Notes: generated from the sequence alone by a model not told the origin. A DNA stretch of 63,316 nt, filler included, from Octopus bimaculoides (GCF_001194135.2; 4 parts of 4 records of this genome joined end to end with filler, not necessarily neighbours in it), one strand, 5' to 3'; numbered from the whole stretch's first letter, positions 50,761 through 62,649 are shown. Made by a program: numbers and translations.

Positions 50761-50860
50761 NNNNNNNNNNNNNNNNNNNNNNNNNNNNNNNNNNNNNNNN
50801 NNNNTTAATTAATTAANNNNNNNNNNNNNNNNNNNNNNNNNNNNNNNNNNNNNNNNNNNN

Positions 50861-51841
50861 TGAAGGCCCGAATGTGAGCTGAGCCGAGCCGAGCCGAGCC
50901 GAACCGACCCTAACCCTCCAGAAACAAGTATAAACCAAGGATGACTGTATAAAACCGAAGGCGCGAGTCTGAAGAGAGAAGCGAGATGAGACTTTCTCAA
51001 GATCAGCAAATGCATATTGCAGCACTTAATGCTGGATCAAGTAAATCAATGTTTTCATTATAAGACAGAAGTCCAATAGAATGGCTCTCAGAAACAGACT
51101 CCGTACAAATTCGTTCTTTATAACTCCTGAAGCTGTTTTCAGATATGATCCATCCCATTCTTATGAAAATAATAACGCTGTCCAAATTGGTGTGCCAAAC
51201 ACCAATTGTCGTTTCTGTAGAGCTTTAAAAATTTTCAAATGAAGCAAACGGTGTGTGCTGCTCAGGCGGTCGGGTAACATTGCCAGCGCTACCAGCTCCT
51301 TCTCAACCTCTTATGGATTTATTGAACAATATCAGACAATACAACTCTGCATTTCAAATGACATCGTCTGTTGCATCTAAGAAGATGGATAAACATGAAT
51401 TTACGATGATGTCAAAGTTCAAAGGCAAATCTATCACCTCATTGGTTCCATGTTTCCCACAAATGAACAACCACGGTTCCTCCGAATTTATTTTATGAGT
51501 GATGTAGGACAACGAACCCGAAAGAGGTATCAAAATTTCAGATGATGGGTCGTGTTAGACACAGCACTGACTGCTGCAAAAGGGAATGTCTACTGACAGC
51601 TTTTTAGTGCGTTCCAAAATCACATAACCCCTACTCCCGATTTTCCATGATAGGTTAGGGCCCGAAATACTCCAAACGAACACATGCCATGTTGCTTAGT
51701 CGAATTAGCTCAGCATTTACTCCACAAATGTTTTGTTGTCAAAGTTGCTCTATCCCATATCACCTGTTTCAACATAAATGTAATATATTATATACAAACG
51801 ATGCCATTTTAACCCCGAGCAACGCCGGATATCTCTGCTAG
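50861..51841 (+). mobile_element. Internally deleted Helitron (N-terminal coding remnant + intact 3' terminus)
   Basis: QIGVPNTNCRFCRALK..NEANGVCCSGGRVTLP, NNIRQYNSAFQMTS, QIYHLIGSMFP...PRFLRIYF; 3' hairpin ccccgagcaacgccgg followed by CTAG|T at 51838-51842. The left end lies in an assembly join. Confidence 0.9.
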
Positions 51842-51883
<42 letters not shown>

Positions 51884-53039
51884 GACATGCTGCCTATATC
51901 CAAGAAATGGACCACGCACAGAGGTATGTATAGATTATTTTCACAACACAATTTCTGTAATTCGTTGTGGTAGCATACGTTTCTCTTTGAGAATGGACTT
52001 GTTTGTTCCCGAGAAATGGTCTTTCTGTTTGTTCCCAAAAAATGGACAACGCACTGGTTATAATTATTTCTAAAACGTAACAATTTAAAGGAATGTTAAA
52101 GAGAATTTATTTTAATAACATGAACTGTAATGTATAAAGAATAAATTTTTANNNNNNNNNNNNNNNNNNNNNNNNNNNNNNNNNNNNNNNNNNNNNNNNN
52201 NNNNNNNNNNNNNNNNNNNNNNNNNNNNNNNNNNNNNNNNNNNNNNNNNNNNNNNNNNNNNNNNNNNNNNNNNNNNNNNNNNNNNNNNNNNNNNNNNNNN
52301 NNNNNNNNNNNNNNNNNNNNNNNNNNNNNNNNNNNNNNNNNNNNNNNNNNNNNNNNNNNNNNNNNNNNNNNNNNNNNNNNNNNNNNNNNNNNNNNNNNNN
52401 NNNNNNNNNNNNNNNNNNNNNNNNNNNNNNNNNNNNNNNNNNNNNNNNNNNNNNNNNNNNNNNNNNNNNNNNNNNNNNNNNNNNNNNNNNNNNNNNNNNN
52501 NNNNNNNNNNNNNNNNNNNNNNNNNNNNNNNNNNNNNNNNNNNNNNNNNNNNNNNNNNNNNNNNNNNNNNNNNNNNNNNNNNNNNNNNNNNNNNNNNNNN
52601 NNNNNNNNNNNNNNNNNNNNNNNNNNNNNNNNNNNNNNNNNNNNNNNNNNNNNNNNNNNNNNNNNNNNNNNNNNNNNNNNNNNNNNNNNNNNNNNNNNNN
52701 NNNNNNNNNNNNNNNNNNNNNNNNNNNNNNNNNNNNNNNNNNNNNNNNNNNNNNNNNNNNNNNNNNNNNNNNNNNNNNNNNNNNNNNNNNNNNNNNNNNN
52801 NNNNNNNNNNNNNNNNNNNNNNNNNNNNNNNNNNNNNNNNNNNNNNNNNNNNNNNNNNNNNNNNNNNNNNNNNNNNNNNNNNNNNNNNNNNNNNNNNNNN
52901 NNNNNNNNNNNNNNNNNNNNNNNNNNNNNNNNNNNNNNNNNNNNNNNNNNNNNNNNNNNNNNNNNNNNNNNNNNNNNNNTTGTTTAACACCTATTACAGT
53001 ATTTTCTCTCTTTTTTTTTTGTTTGTTTTGCTCGGGTCA

Positions 53040-53144
53040 AAACCTGGGGCCGATTCGTTCGAATAAAATTTTTCAAGACTGTGCCCCAGTATGGCCGAAG
53101 TCTACAGGCTGAAACAAGGAAAAGGTAAAAGAAATGGATTGGTC

Positions 53145-53195
<51 letters not shown>
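53040..53195 (+). mobile_element. SINE family A 3' fragment and (GATA)n
   Basis: ggggccgattcgttcgaataaa...ccccagtatggccgaagtc...gctgaaacaagg. Confidence 0.7.
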
Positions 53196-53198
<3 letters not shown>

Positions 53199-53439
53199 CG
53201 TTATGTACACCATCTGAAAGCAGTTCGTTGAAAATTTCAATTGAAACCATCCATTTTTCTGAAAGTTATGTGGAAACAAATGCGGTGGAAAACACACTTG
53301 TTCTGTCGAGATTTAGTTTTGAAAGTTTAAAAGGGTAGAACTTTAATTAACTATATAATTAAAAACAGCATGCAAACACCATCAGTCATACACGGGATAG
53401 TCATGGATGAAGGGCCTTGTTATTAGATCTGCTGAATCA

Positions 53440-53676
53440 GTCTTGATCTCGGGTTAAACAATAAATTAGGCAAATCAACGACAGTGCCTCAATTTGGCCG
53501 CTTTATCTGTTAAAATTAACAAAAAATCGCCTTCAAATCTTACCCTACCATCTTAAAAAAAGACACATTGGATGATGGAGTCCAAGATACAATATCAGCA
53601 AACAATATAATAGGATGGTTAGTCACAGTAGGAATTGTTTTTGATCAAAGATCTGCTCCATTAGGGTTACTCAAGA
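53440..53676 (-). repeat. Unclassified interspersed repeat (family D), inverted paralog of 63095-63285
   Basis: Reverse complement shares gtaaccct.at.gagcaga, catcatccaa, ttttaag.(t/c)ggtagg...gattt.a.g..gattt with the 63.1-kb copy. Confidence 0.55.
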
Positions 53677-53677
53677 C

Positions 53678-53735
53678 CAGTGGTGGGCACGGTTCCGCTA
53701 ATTCGTTAACAGCGAATTAGCGAAGCAAACTTTTC
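53678..53735 (+). mobile_element. Possible hAT-type terminus with hairpin
   Basis: cagtggtgggcacggttccgctaattcg-ttaacag-cgaattagcg; only one end seen. Confidence 0.35.
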
Positions 53736-53789
53736 GTTTAGCGGCAGACAACATTCTGAACGCGTTGAAGAGGAGGCTGGTGGTTCCCA

Positions 53790-54036
53790 ACAGTTGAGCG
53801 CCAATTCTCTATAGGCAAAGATATTTTGAGGGGCCAAGCGAGGTACCCTGTCAGTTGGTAGCAAGAACATCTCAACAGGTTAAGGTCAAACAACTGACAA
53901 GCAAATCTGTGGTATTGAGCAGAATATTTGCTGTAGCCCATCTTTTTATACCAAGACAAAACAATGTACATTATAACACCTCCAATCAATTATGATCAGA
54001 AGCCATGAGAACCACTGCCTGGGAATGCATCCGGGC

Positions 54037-54076
<40 letters not shown>
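53790..54076 (+). mobile_element. Retroposon 3' end with (TTA)n tail
   Basis: Non-coding GC-balanced segment ending gcatccgggcatt(tat)n; class not resolved. Confidence 0.45.
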
Positions 54077-54077
<1 letters not shown>

Positions 54078-54295
54078 CGCCGTCAGTTGTTGCGACTATG
54101 ACTGTCCATGGCTTTGACATGACTTGATAAGCTTTCTTCCTGTGTCTAAAACCTTTATGAAGTCTATCAACACTGCATACATATTTATGTTCTGCTCAAG
54201 TCCTGAGTAAAACGCTTTCATCTCGTTTTTACTTGTATGGTGTTATAGCTCTTCAGTTTTGGCCTCCCACCGATCTGATTCCAATTTTGCTAGTA
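54038..54295 (-). mobile_element. Internally deleted RTE LINE with (TAA)n tail
   Basis: Minus strand: RWEAKTEEL...KNEMKAFYSGL joined to NMYAVLIDFIKVLDT (RT N-terminal motif), then gtcatagtcgcaacaactgacggcgg(aat)n. Confidence 0.6.
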
Positions 54296-54300
54296 TGTTT

Positions 54301-54511
54301 TTTTCTACTCTTGGCACAAGGCCCGAGATTTTGGGGGAGGAGGACAGTCGATCACATCGACCCCAGTACTCAACTGGTACTTAATTTATCGACCCCGAAA
54401 GGATGAAAGACAAAGTCTACCTCGGTGGACTTTGAACTCAGAACGAAAAGACAGATGAAATACCGCTATGCATTTCGCCCGGCGTGCTATCGATTCTGCC
54501 AGCTCGCCATC
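54301..54511 (-). mobile_element. SINE family B, full length
   Basis: gatggcgagctggcagaatcgatagcacgccgggcgaaatgc...ctttcatcctttcggggtcgataaattaagtaccag. Confidence 0.95.
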
Positions 54512-55272
54512 TTGTTAATATAGTGTTGCGGCTTCCTTCTTGTTTCCACCAGTTTTCCTCTGTTTGACTTTCTTGATTTGCAATTTAGCTGCCTTGCCTT
54601 TGCGGTGTCCCTTCCCTCTAGCAGAGTACCAGTTATGCACTGGGGTCGATGCAATCGACTTACTCCCCCACCCCCACCCCCAAACTGTTGGTTTTCAGCC
54701 AAAATTTGAAACCGTTACATATGTACACAAATCAAAACTGATAAATCCAATAATGAAAAAATAATGTTTCAAAAATTTGTCCCAAAATATTTCTACGGTC
54801 CTTCGGTTTTGGCGACGAAGATTTTCAGGAGAATGTGCAAAGCGTTTCCATTGCCCTTCCACAAGAAATTTCAGTGGATGCAGCGCACCTCTTGCACCCT
54901 CTGTTCCCGAGTCAATGGCGTCCTATAATCCCTTACAAATATATTTATCACATTTTCAAATAAAAGGATTTCTTTGGAGACTTTTAGGAATCGATGATCC
55001 AGTGAATTGTACTGGGTTTATTTGTTCAACTAAGACCCTTCAAGGAGGTACTCCTGCACGGCTGCAGTATAATGTTAAAAACAAATAAGCGATAAAAAGA
55101 TTCGACCAAAGGTCAATCAGTTATAAGGTCAACAACAAGCGACGCTAATTAATCAGAGGATTTAACCAAAAAGCTGAAAAGCCATGGGAGCAAAATGAAA
55201 ACAAATGCCTCTATTCAAGGGAGACCACTCTCAGATAACTTCATGGGAAGCAATTCATATGATATGATTGTC

Positions 55273-55326
<54 letters not shown>

Positions 55327-55589
55327 TATACGTTCGTTTTCATGTTCGGTTATATTAAAATGCATTAATCCATTCTTTTGCAGAGTTGTTAAACAAGAAT
55401 ATTAATGACAGTAACTTCGAAATTTCAGCCAGTTAAGCCGAAACGTCGAAGTCACTGTCAATATTATTCATGTTTAAAAATTATGAAGAGTGTGTGTGTG
55501 CGTGTGTCTCATTATTGCTCAGATTATCAGATGTGGTCTAACACCGCTGGTCACAATGCATTTCCTCACTTTGTTGTTGTTTTCAAATG

Positions 55590-55785
55590 GTTGTTCCCCA
55601 CCACCCGCTGCCTTAGTGGACAGGCCAATATTCCCACTGGACGGAATGTCAGTCCGTCACAGGGACGATGTAATGTGAAACGAGGTGTTCTGCAAGAACA
55701 CAACGCACCGCCTGTCTGAGAATCGAAACCACGACCTAGCGACCGTAAGTGCCAAAATCCCCTACTTAACCACTTAGCTACGAAC
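55590..55785 (-). mobile_element. tRNA-derived SINE (further family)
   Basis: cgtagctaagtggttaag (A box)...ggtttcgattct (B box)...gttgtgttcttg...cctgtgacggactgacattccgtccag. Confidence 0.6.
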
Positions 55786-55814
55786 TTTTACCATGGGCTT
55801 CATGTAGCATACGC

Positions 55815-56095
55815 TAGTGATGATGATGATGATGATGATAATGATGATGACGATGGTGGTGGTGGATGTGGTGCTGGTTGTGGTGGTTGTAATGGTGATG
55901 ATGACGATGATGATGAGAAGGATAAGGAGGGATAGGAAGAAAACGAAGAGAAAGAAGAGAAGGAAGGGGGAAAGAGAAGGGAGGAAGAAGGAGGAGGGGA
56001 AAAGAGGGAGGAGGGGAGGAGAACGAAAAAGGAAGGTAGGAGGAGATAGGAGGAGAAAGTAGGTAGGGGGAGAATGATGGAGGATGAGGAGGGAG
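55815..56095. repeat. Purine-rich (GAT/GGT/GGA)n low-complexity tract
   Basis: Direct inspection. Confidence 0.9.
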
Positions 56096-56529
56096 GAGGA
56101 GACCTTTCTGCATTGACTTCGAAATCCCAATCCTCGACCAGAAAACTCTTTCTTAAAAACTGGTTCCAGTTCTTTGGAATTTCCTCCTCTTCGTCGCTTT
56201 GACCAGCCAAGTCTTAGAATGGTTTCCTTCTTTGTTTCATAATAACCTCTGTGACACTGCTGTTTCCATACAGACAACAGATATGACGCATCGGAGCGAA
56301 AACTGCCGGGGCGTCGAACAAAAACACTCAGTGATATTTGTCCAGTCTGAGTTATGCGCGCAATCCCTTGTCACCCACACCATCGCAAATTTCAGTGATC
56401 CACGACACTATTGTTCACAAAATATACGATATGAAATGAATTTCAAATGAACTAACCCTAAAACTACATCCATCTCTGTTTAAAAAGAAAAGAATGGGCG
56501 CACCGGAGGCCGTACGCCTACCTGTTGTC

Positions 56530-56757
56530 GTTTATTTGCTTCAAATATTCAACTGTGGCCATGCTGGAGCACCACCATCGAAAGGTTTAGTGAAATAAAT
56601 CGACTCCAGTACTTATTTTTTAAAGTCTGGTGCATATTCCATCGGTTCTTTTGTCGAACCGCTTGGTTACTTGTAAGTAAACAAACTTACATCGGTTGTC
56701 AAACGGCGACGGAGCACAAACATAGATACACAGACACATATATAAACAAACAAACAA

Positions 56758-56796
<39 letters not shown>

Positions 56797-56932
56797 ACGG
56801 GCTTCCACAAAGCTTTTTTTCGATCCCGAACTACAATCAAAGAGACTTGAGCTCAAGGTGCAGCGTATTGGAATCGAACCCAAGAGCACACGGTTGGGAG
56901 AAAAGCTTAACCACACAGATACGCCTGCGCCT
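56530..56932 (-). mobile_element. SINE family A (diverged)
   Basis: aggcgcaggcgtatctgtgtggttaagc head; cagcatggccacagttg tail. Confidence 0.85.
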
Positions 56933-57060
56933 GTATACAAAAAGACAAGAGGATCACGGCAGGAACGTCTTTGATTCTAGGCCCACTCAATCGAGACTGA
57001 CTTGAGACTAAACAACAACAACAACATCTAATGAAATCCGTCACTCGACTCATTAACGTC

Positions 57061-57158
57061 TCCTTCTTCTTCTTCTTCTTCTTCTTCTTCTTCTTCTTCT
57101 TCTTCTTCTTCTTCTTCTTCTTCTTCTTCTTCTTCTTCTTCTTCTTCTTCTTCTTCTT
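57061..57158. repeat. (CTT)n running into a gap
   Basis: At least 32 units. Confidence 0.95.
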
Positions 57159-57821
57159 NNNNNNNNNNNNNNNNNNNNNNNNNNNNNNNNNNNNNNNNNN
57201 NNNNNNNNNNNNNNNNNNNNNNNNNNNNNNNNNNNNNNNNNNNNNNNNNNNNNNNNNNNNNNNNNNNNNNNNNNNNNNNNNNNNNNNNNNNNNNNNNNNN
57301 NNNNNNNNNNNNNNNNNNNNNNNNNNNNNNNNNNNNNNNNNNNNNNNNNNNNNNNNNNNNNNNNNNNNNNNNNNNNNNNNNNNNNNNNNNNNNNNNNNNN
57401 NNNNNNNNNNNNNNNNNNNNNNNNNNNNNNNNNNNNNNNNNNNNNNNNNNNNNNNNNNNNNNNNNNNNNNNNNNNNNNNNNNNNNNNNNNNTTTTTAATT
57501 AGATATAAATATAGGCCGAGCAATCACAGCATGTGTTTGTGAGTGAACAGTTTTGTTATTGTCTGGTTTTTCTATCAGAAACCACTTCACTCTACATCAC
57601 TAGACTTTCATATAATAATAATAGTTTTGTTAAAACAAACAGTTTATTTTTGACTGGTGTTTCTAATATCGCAACCTACACATAAAAAATATTCAACGTC
57701 GCTGCACTTGACGTGACAGTGTCAGAGGCGACGACTATTTACCGCCGCCGCCGTCACCGCCACAAAACTATGTTACAAAATTTGTCGCAACAATTAGTTT
57801 TTGCTTTTGTTCTGCTGCACG

Positions 57822-58212
57822 CTTATTCTTTTACTAGTTTCAGCCATTTGACTGCGGCCATGCTGGAGCACCGCCTTTTAGTCGAACGAATCGACCCTCA
57901 GGACTTGTTCTATCGGTCATTTTGCCGAACCGCTAGCTTACGGGGACGTAAACACACCAACACCTATTGTCAAGTGATGGTGGAGGGACAAACACATACA
58001 TACAAACACATACACACAAAAACACACACGCACACACACATATATATTACACGACAGGCTTCTTTCAGTTTCCGTTCACCAAATCCACTCACAATGCTTT
58101 GTTCGACTCGAGGCTATAGAAGAAGGCACTTGCCCAAGGTGCCATGCAATGGGACTGAACCCGGAATCATGTGGTTGGCGAGCAAGCTACTTACCACAGA
58201 GCCACTCCTGCA
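57822..58212 (-). mobile_element. SINE family A, near full length
   Basis: gcaggagtggctctgtggtaagtagcttgctcgccaacc...cagcatggccgcagtcaaatggctgaaac. Confidence 0.95.
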
Positions 58213-59144
58213 TTTATATTCTGGACATTTTTCCATTTGAACTACCGAATTCAACTCTTTGGAGATTTTCTACATGCTAATTTACGAAAATTACGAATAT
58301 TTTATTCGGGGTAGTGGTGGTGGTGGTGGTATAAAAACCTTTAAAGGTTGAAAATTTTTGGCAATTTTACCTAATTGGTAATCGCAATTGCTATGATTAT
58401 TTTCATAAATAAAAAGTATTTGCAATCATGTCCATGAGGTGCGGCTAAACACGTAATTTGCTCTGGGGTGTACAACCCCGTCACTCCACCATCCGCCATC
58501 TTCTGTTGCTGGATTTTCTTTTTCTTGGTAATTTAGTTTTTTATATGTTTAATGTTTTTTTTTCCCTTCTTCCTGTAAAAATATGTTATTTATAAAAACT
58601 AAAAGAGTGAAAACCAAACTTAAAAAGAAATTATTCCTAAAAGCAGAACAGATATTAAAACTTTCCAGAATAATTTTCTTTAAAAAATAATGGAAGAAAA
58701 CAAAACATTACGAAACCTTTAATGATGAACANNNNNNNNNNNNNNNNNNNNNNNNNNNNNNNNNNNNNNNNNNNNNNNNNNNNNNNNNNNNNNNNNNNNN
58801 NNNNNNNNNNNNNNNNNNNNNNNNNNNNNNNNNNNNNNNNNNNNNNNNNNNNNNNNNNNNNNNNNNNNNNNNNNNNNNNNNNNNNNNNNNNNNNNNNNNN
58901 NNNNNNNNNNNNNNNNNNNNNNNNNNNNNNNNNNNNNNNNNNNNNNNNNNNNNNNNNNNNNNNNCAATGATATTGTGCGACGCACTACAGTATTTATTCT
59001 AACAGATCGCAATTTTCGTGTCTCCGTCGCCACAATAATTAAAATGTCACAAAATATTTAATGAAAGAAAATGAGAGAAAATATATTAATGTTTGCAATG
59101 AAATTTTTCGATGTACCTCAAACCCCAACTATGAACCCTATCCC

Positions 59145-60040
59145 TAGTCCACAAGCTTGTCAAAGACCTTACGCAAATTGTCAGAGGAAACGGAAATCAG
59201 CCTAGGAAGTGCTCACACGGCAGTTAAAAAGAAATTAAATTTCTTTCCATACAAGGTGCTGGCCATTCAAGAATTGAAGACTATGGATCATGCTAAAAGG
59301 CTTCATTATTGTCATTGGTTCCAAAACTTTGTGGTTCCAAAGCCGAAAAAGGCATAGAAGTGCTGGATATGTGTTTTTATACCGATGAGGCTTGGTTTCA
59401 TCTGCTGGGACACATAAATTCGCAAAACACAAGGTTATGGAGAACTGAGAACTGCATCCCGAAAAAGCTGGAGTATGGATAGCAATTTCGAGAAAGCGTA
59501 TTGTGAGACCGATATTTTTTGAAGACATCATCAACACTGAGAGATATTGCTCAAATATTGTCCATCCATTTGTAGGCCAACTCACTGAAAGTGAAATTAT
59601 TAATGTATACTTCCAGCAAGATGGAGCTACAGCACATACTTCTCGTATCACCAAGGGTTTTTCAGTGAACGGATTATTTCGAAGGGACTTTGGCCACCAA
59701 GATCACCTGATATAACGCTGCCAGACTATTTTTCCTGGGGAGCAAGTAAAGGATCAGTGTACAAGAATCGCTCGAAAACCATTAATGAGCTAAAAGATGC
59801 AATCATAACCTTCACACGGTCCATACTGCATCAGACTCTCCAAAATGTATTTCAAAACCTGTGTAGAAGAGTCAACTCATGTATTGAAAAATGAAGGACG
59901 ACACTTTCATCACCTCTTATAAAGTTTTTTTTAAAGTCTTGTAAAGAGTCTAATATATTCTTTTGCAGTCTTTTTACCATCTTAGAAATATTTATTCTGC
60001 AATAAAATACTTACTGTGGAGAGGTGTTTTGAACACCCTG
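59145..60040 (+). mobile_element. Tc1/mariner-superfamily transposon, 5'-truncated (WPPRSPD type)
   Basis: LRKLSEET.ISLGSAH..VKK.L.FFPYK, YTDEAWFHL.GHINSQN, GVW.AIS, YFQQDGATAHT, LWPPRSPD..LPDYF.WG; right TIR gaggtgttttgaacaccctg followed by TA. Confidence 0.92.
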
Positions 60041-60129
60041 TAGAAATATAAATCAGCTGTAGTACTCAGTTGCTACTTTATTTCGTTCCCCTATATAAAA
60101 GTTAGAAAGTTTTAAATGTTGAAATTTTC

Positions 60130-60325
60130 GGCCAACGTCGTGATAGCTGGAGAGTGAGAGAGGAGGCTACACCAGTAACCAGCTTGGACTCATTACAGCT
60201 GACTAAACTTGAGAAATGCGAAACAAGGTGTGTCTTTTTCAAGGACACAATGTGCCACCCGGTCAGCAGTTGAACCCACGACCTTATGAACATGAGCTAA
60301 ACTCTCTAACCACCAGATCACGTGT
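60130..60325 (-). mobile_element. Diverged CORE-like SINE
   Basis: gtgatctggtggttagagag...gggttcaactgctgacc...gtgtccttgaaaaagacac on the minus strand. Confidence 0.55.
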
Positions 60326-61109
60326 TTTTTGTTACATTCGCACGTCCACATTCTGTGATAAAATCCAAAATGGTGTCTTCCCGAAACTTACGAACTCATT
60401 CTTCAGCCTCTACAAGTGTTTGATAACACAGAACTAAACGTTATATAGTTTTCTTTAAAAAAAAGAAAAGAAAGTGCTAGATTCTGGTCTCTTTCACAAG
60501 AGCAGAACTTATCCAGAATAATGGACATTTGTGCCTCATCTTTGACACCAGGACAAAGAAATACCTTGCTATTTTCGTAACTCTGTCCAGTCTTGCAGTA
60601 ATACGAACCGGTGTAGTGCTTTGTGTTGCCGCTTTCTTTTGTCATATCTGCAGATCTTCATTTCTTCTTCCATTTCCTGTTCTTGTTAGCTCATTACTCT
60701 GCTTACCCTCAGAAGCCTGTATATTTTCAACCTCTCTAGTTAACCTACTTACCTTCTAATCTGCAGAAAAATAACTTTATTTCTTGGTTTGTTTCGTTTT
60801 TCTTTTCTCATGTTCCCAATTTAATTTGTAAAATGTGCCTTTATTGTCTATTAAATACTTTAGAGTTACGTAGTTATTTATAAGAATTATGTCTTTGTAT
60901 AATGCTTTTCTCGAGCTGGGTGCGTCTTAACTACATCCTGTCTACGCCAGATTTAGGGCGGGGTAGTCTAAATTCTGGCCACATGACATTTCTCTTGGCT
61001 GTTTAAGACTTTTAACTTGTTTCTTTATTAATGTCAGTCAATTTTCCTTCAGCTATTAAATTTCATGAGTTATTCTACGTTCGACCGGAAGTCTCTCCTT
61101 ATCTCCTGC

Positions 61110-61275
61110 GAATTGGCAGAATCGTTAGCGCGTTAGCTGTTTTGCCTTTTAAAGTTCTGAGTTCGAATCCCTCTGAGATCAACATTACCTTTCATCCTTT
61201 CAGGGTTGATAACATGAAAAATCAGTCACGTATTCGGTTCGATGACATCGATTAATCTCTCTTCAAAATTGCTGC
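61110..61275 (+). mobile_element. SINE family B (diverged)
   Basis: ttggcagaatcgttagc...gttctgagttcgaatcc...cctttcatcctttcagggttgataa. Confidence 0.8.
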
Positions 61276-61624
61276 TGCGAAACAGGTTATCTTGAGAAAT
61301 TTTTGTCCCACGAGGGAGAACATGAGTGTTGGTATTTAAAACAAGGCATAAAGAAGGAAACAGAGGAAAAAATAAAAGAAATATTTTGTTGCAGCCTTAG
61401 TTTCCATACTGGTCCACGAAGAACGGCTGTAGTTGTTAGGCCAACGGTTTTGCGATGTCAGAGAACAGAATCAGCAGCAGCTGAACTACTGATAGAATGT
61501 TGGCACATTCTATATAATGTTCTATACTATACTATACTGTACTATACTATACTATACTGTACTGTATATATATATATATATAGAAGTCAAGGTAGAAAAT
61601 GCTAAAATAATTTTATAAAAACCA

Positions 61625-61666
61625 TTTCAGTACCGGTTTCGGTCGTTGAGACTTTTTCAACTGTAA
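61625..61666 (-). ncRNA. Minimal type I hammerhead ribozyme-like motif (degenerate)
   Basis: Minus strand TTACAG-TTGAAAA-AGTC(TCAAC)GACC-GAA-ACCGGT-A-CTGAAA: stem I 5/6 bp, core with U3/A8 covariation, stem II 3 bp plus an A.C mismatch, palindromic minimal stem III, GUA cleavage triplet. Confidence 0.55.
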
Positions 61667-62279
61667 GTATGGAAACCAATTACATTTTGTAAAAATGAAA
61701 TGGAAAGTTTTTTAAAAGAATATTTGCATAGTGTTCAAATACAAGGGGCATTTTCCTTGTTTCTGCCTGTCTCTGTCTTTCTTCTTTACTCTTGTGGGTT
61801 CGAGGTCATTGTGAATTCTTGGCAGAGACGTTTTTGAAAAGAGAAAATACACACACACACACACACACACACACANNNNNNNNNNNNNNNNNNNNNNNNN
61901 NNNNNNNNNNNNNNNNNNNTTAATTAATTAANNNNNNNNNNNNNNNNNNNNNNNNNNNNNNNNNNNNNNNNNNNNCTATCGTTGCGTTTGATTGTTTCAA
62001 ACTTCTTCATAGCTCCTTTGTAAATATTTCAGGAAATTTTCTGTATCTTTGTGCAGCTGAAGATTGCTCTGCATTTTACATTTAATGTAATGCTCACATT
62101 ACTTAAATAAATGGAGTTGCATGAAACGTGCGTACTGCAATAACCTTGCAAATCCGTGTTGCTTTTTTGATTTTATATATATATTGGGACTGCGACGGTG
62201 ATGGATAACGAACTTCTGAAACGAGATTGAGAAGACGGCGTAAAAATTAATGGGGCTTTACTGTGAATATTTAGTGAAA

Positions 62280-62397
62280 GAATGAAGAGAGAGACAGAGA
62301 TAGAGATAGAGATAGAGAAAGGTCGGAAAGATTAAGAAGAGAACGATGGAGTGAGGGAGATTTATACTGAAAAGCAAGGGGAAAGAGAGAGAGTGAG

Positions 62398-62456
<59 letters not shown>

Positions 62457-62617
62457 GTGTGAGAGAGAGAGTGGGAAATTGAGAGAGAGAGAGAGAGGGA
62501 GAGAGAGAGAGAGAGAGAAGAAATAAGTGCGTTGATGGAGAAAGAGAGGAAGAGAATGTGAAAGTGTGCTGAGAGTCGGAAGTTTTACGTGAGGGGGGAA
62601 TACAGAAAGAAGGTGAG

Positions 62618-62649
<32 letters not shown>

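Noticed and set aside
60753-60760. Possible 8-nt microexon on the minus strand (ttatttttctgcAG-ATTAGAAG-GTaagt)
   Set aside because: Good splice signals, but such matches occur by chance in 63 kb; there is no linked gene or conservation evidence.
4184-61275. tRNA genes suggested by A/B boxes
   Set aside because: All are heads of SINE copies continuing into SINE bodies; no complete cloverleaf was seen.
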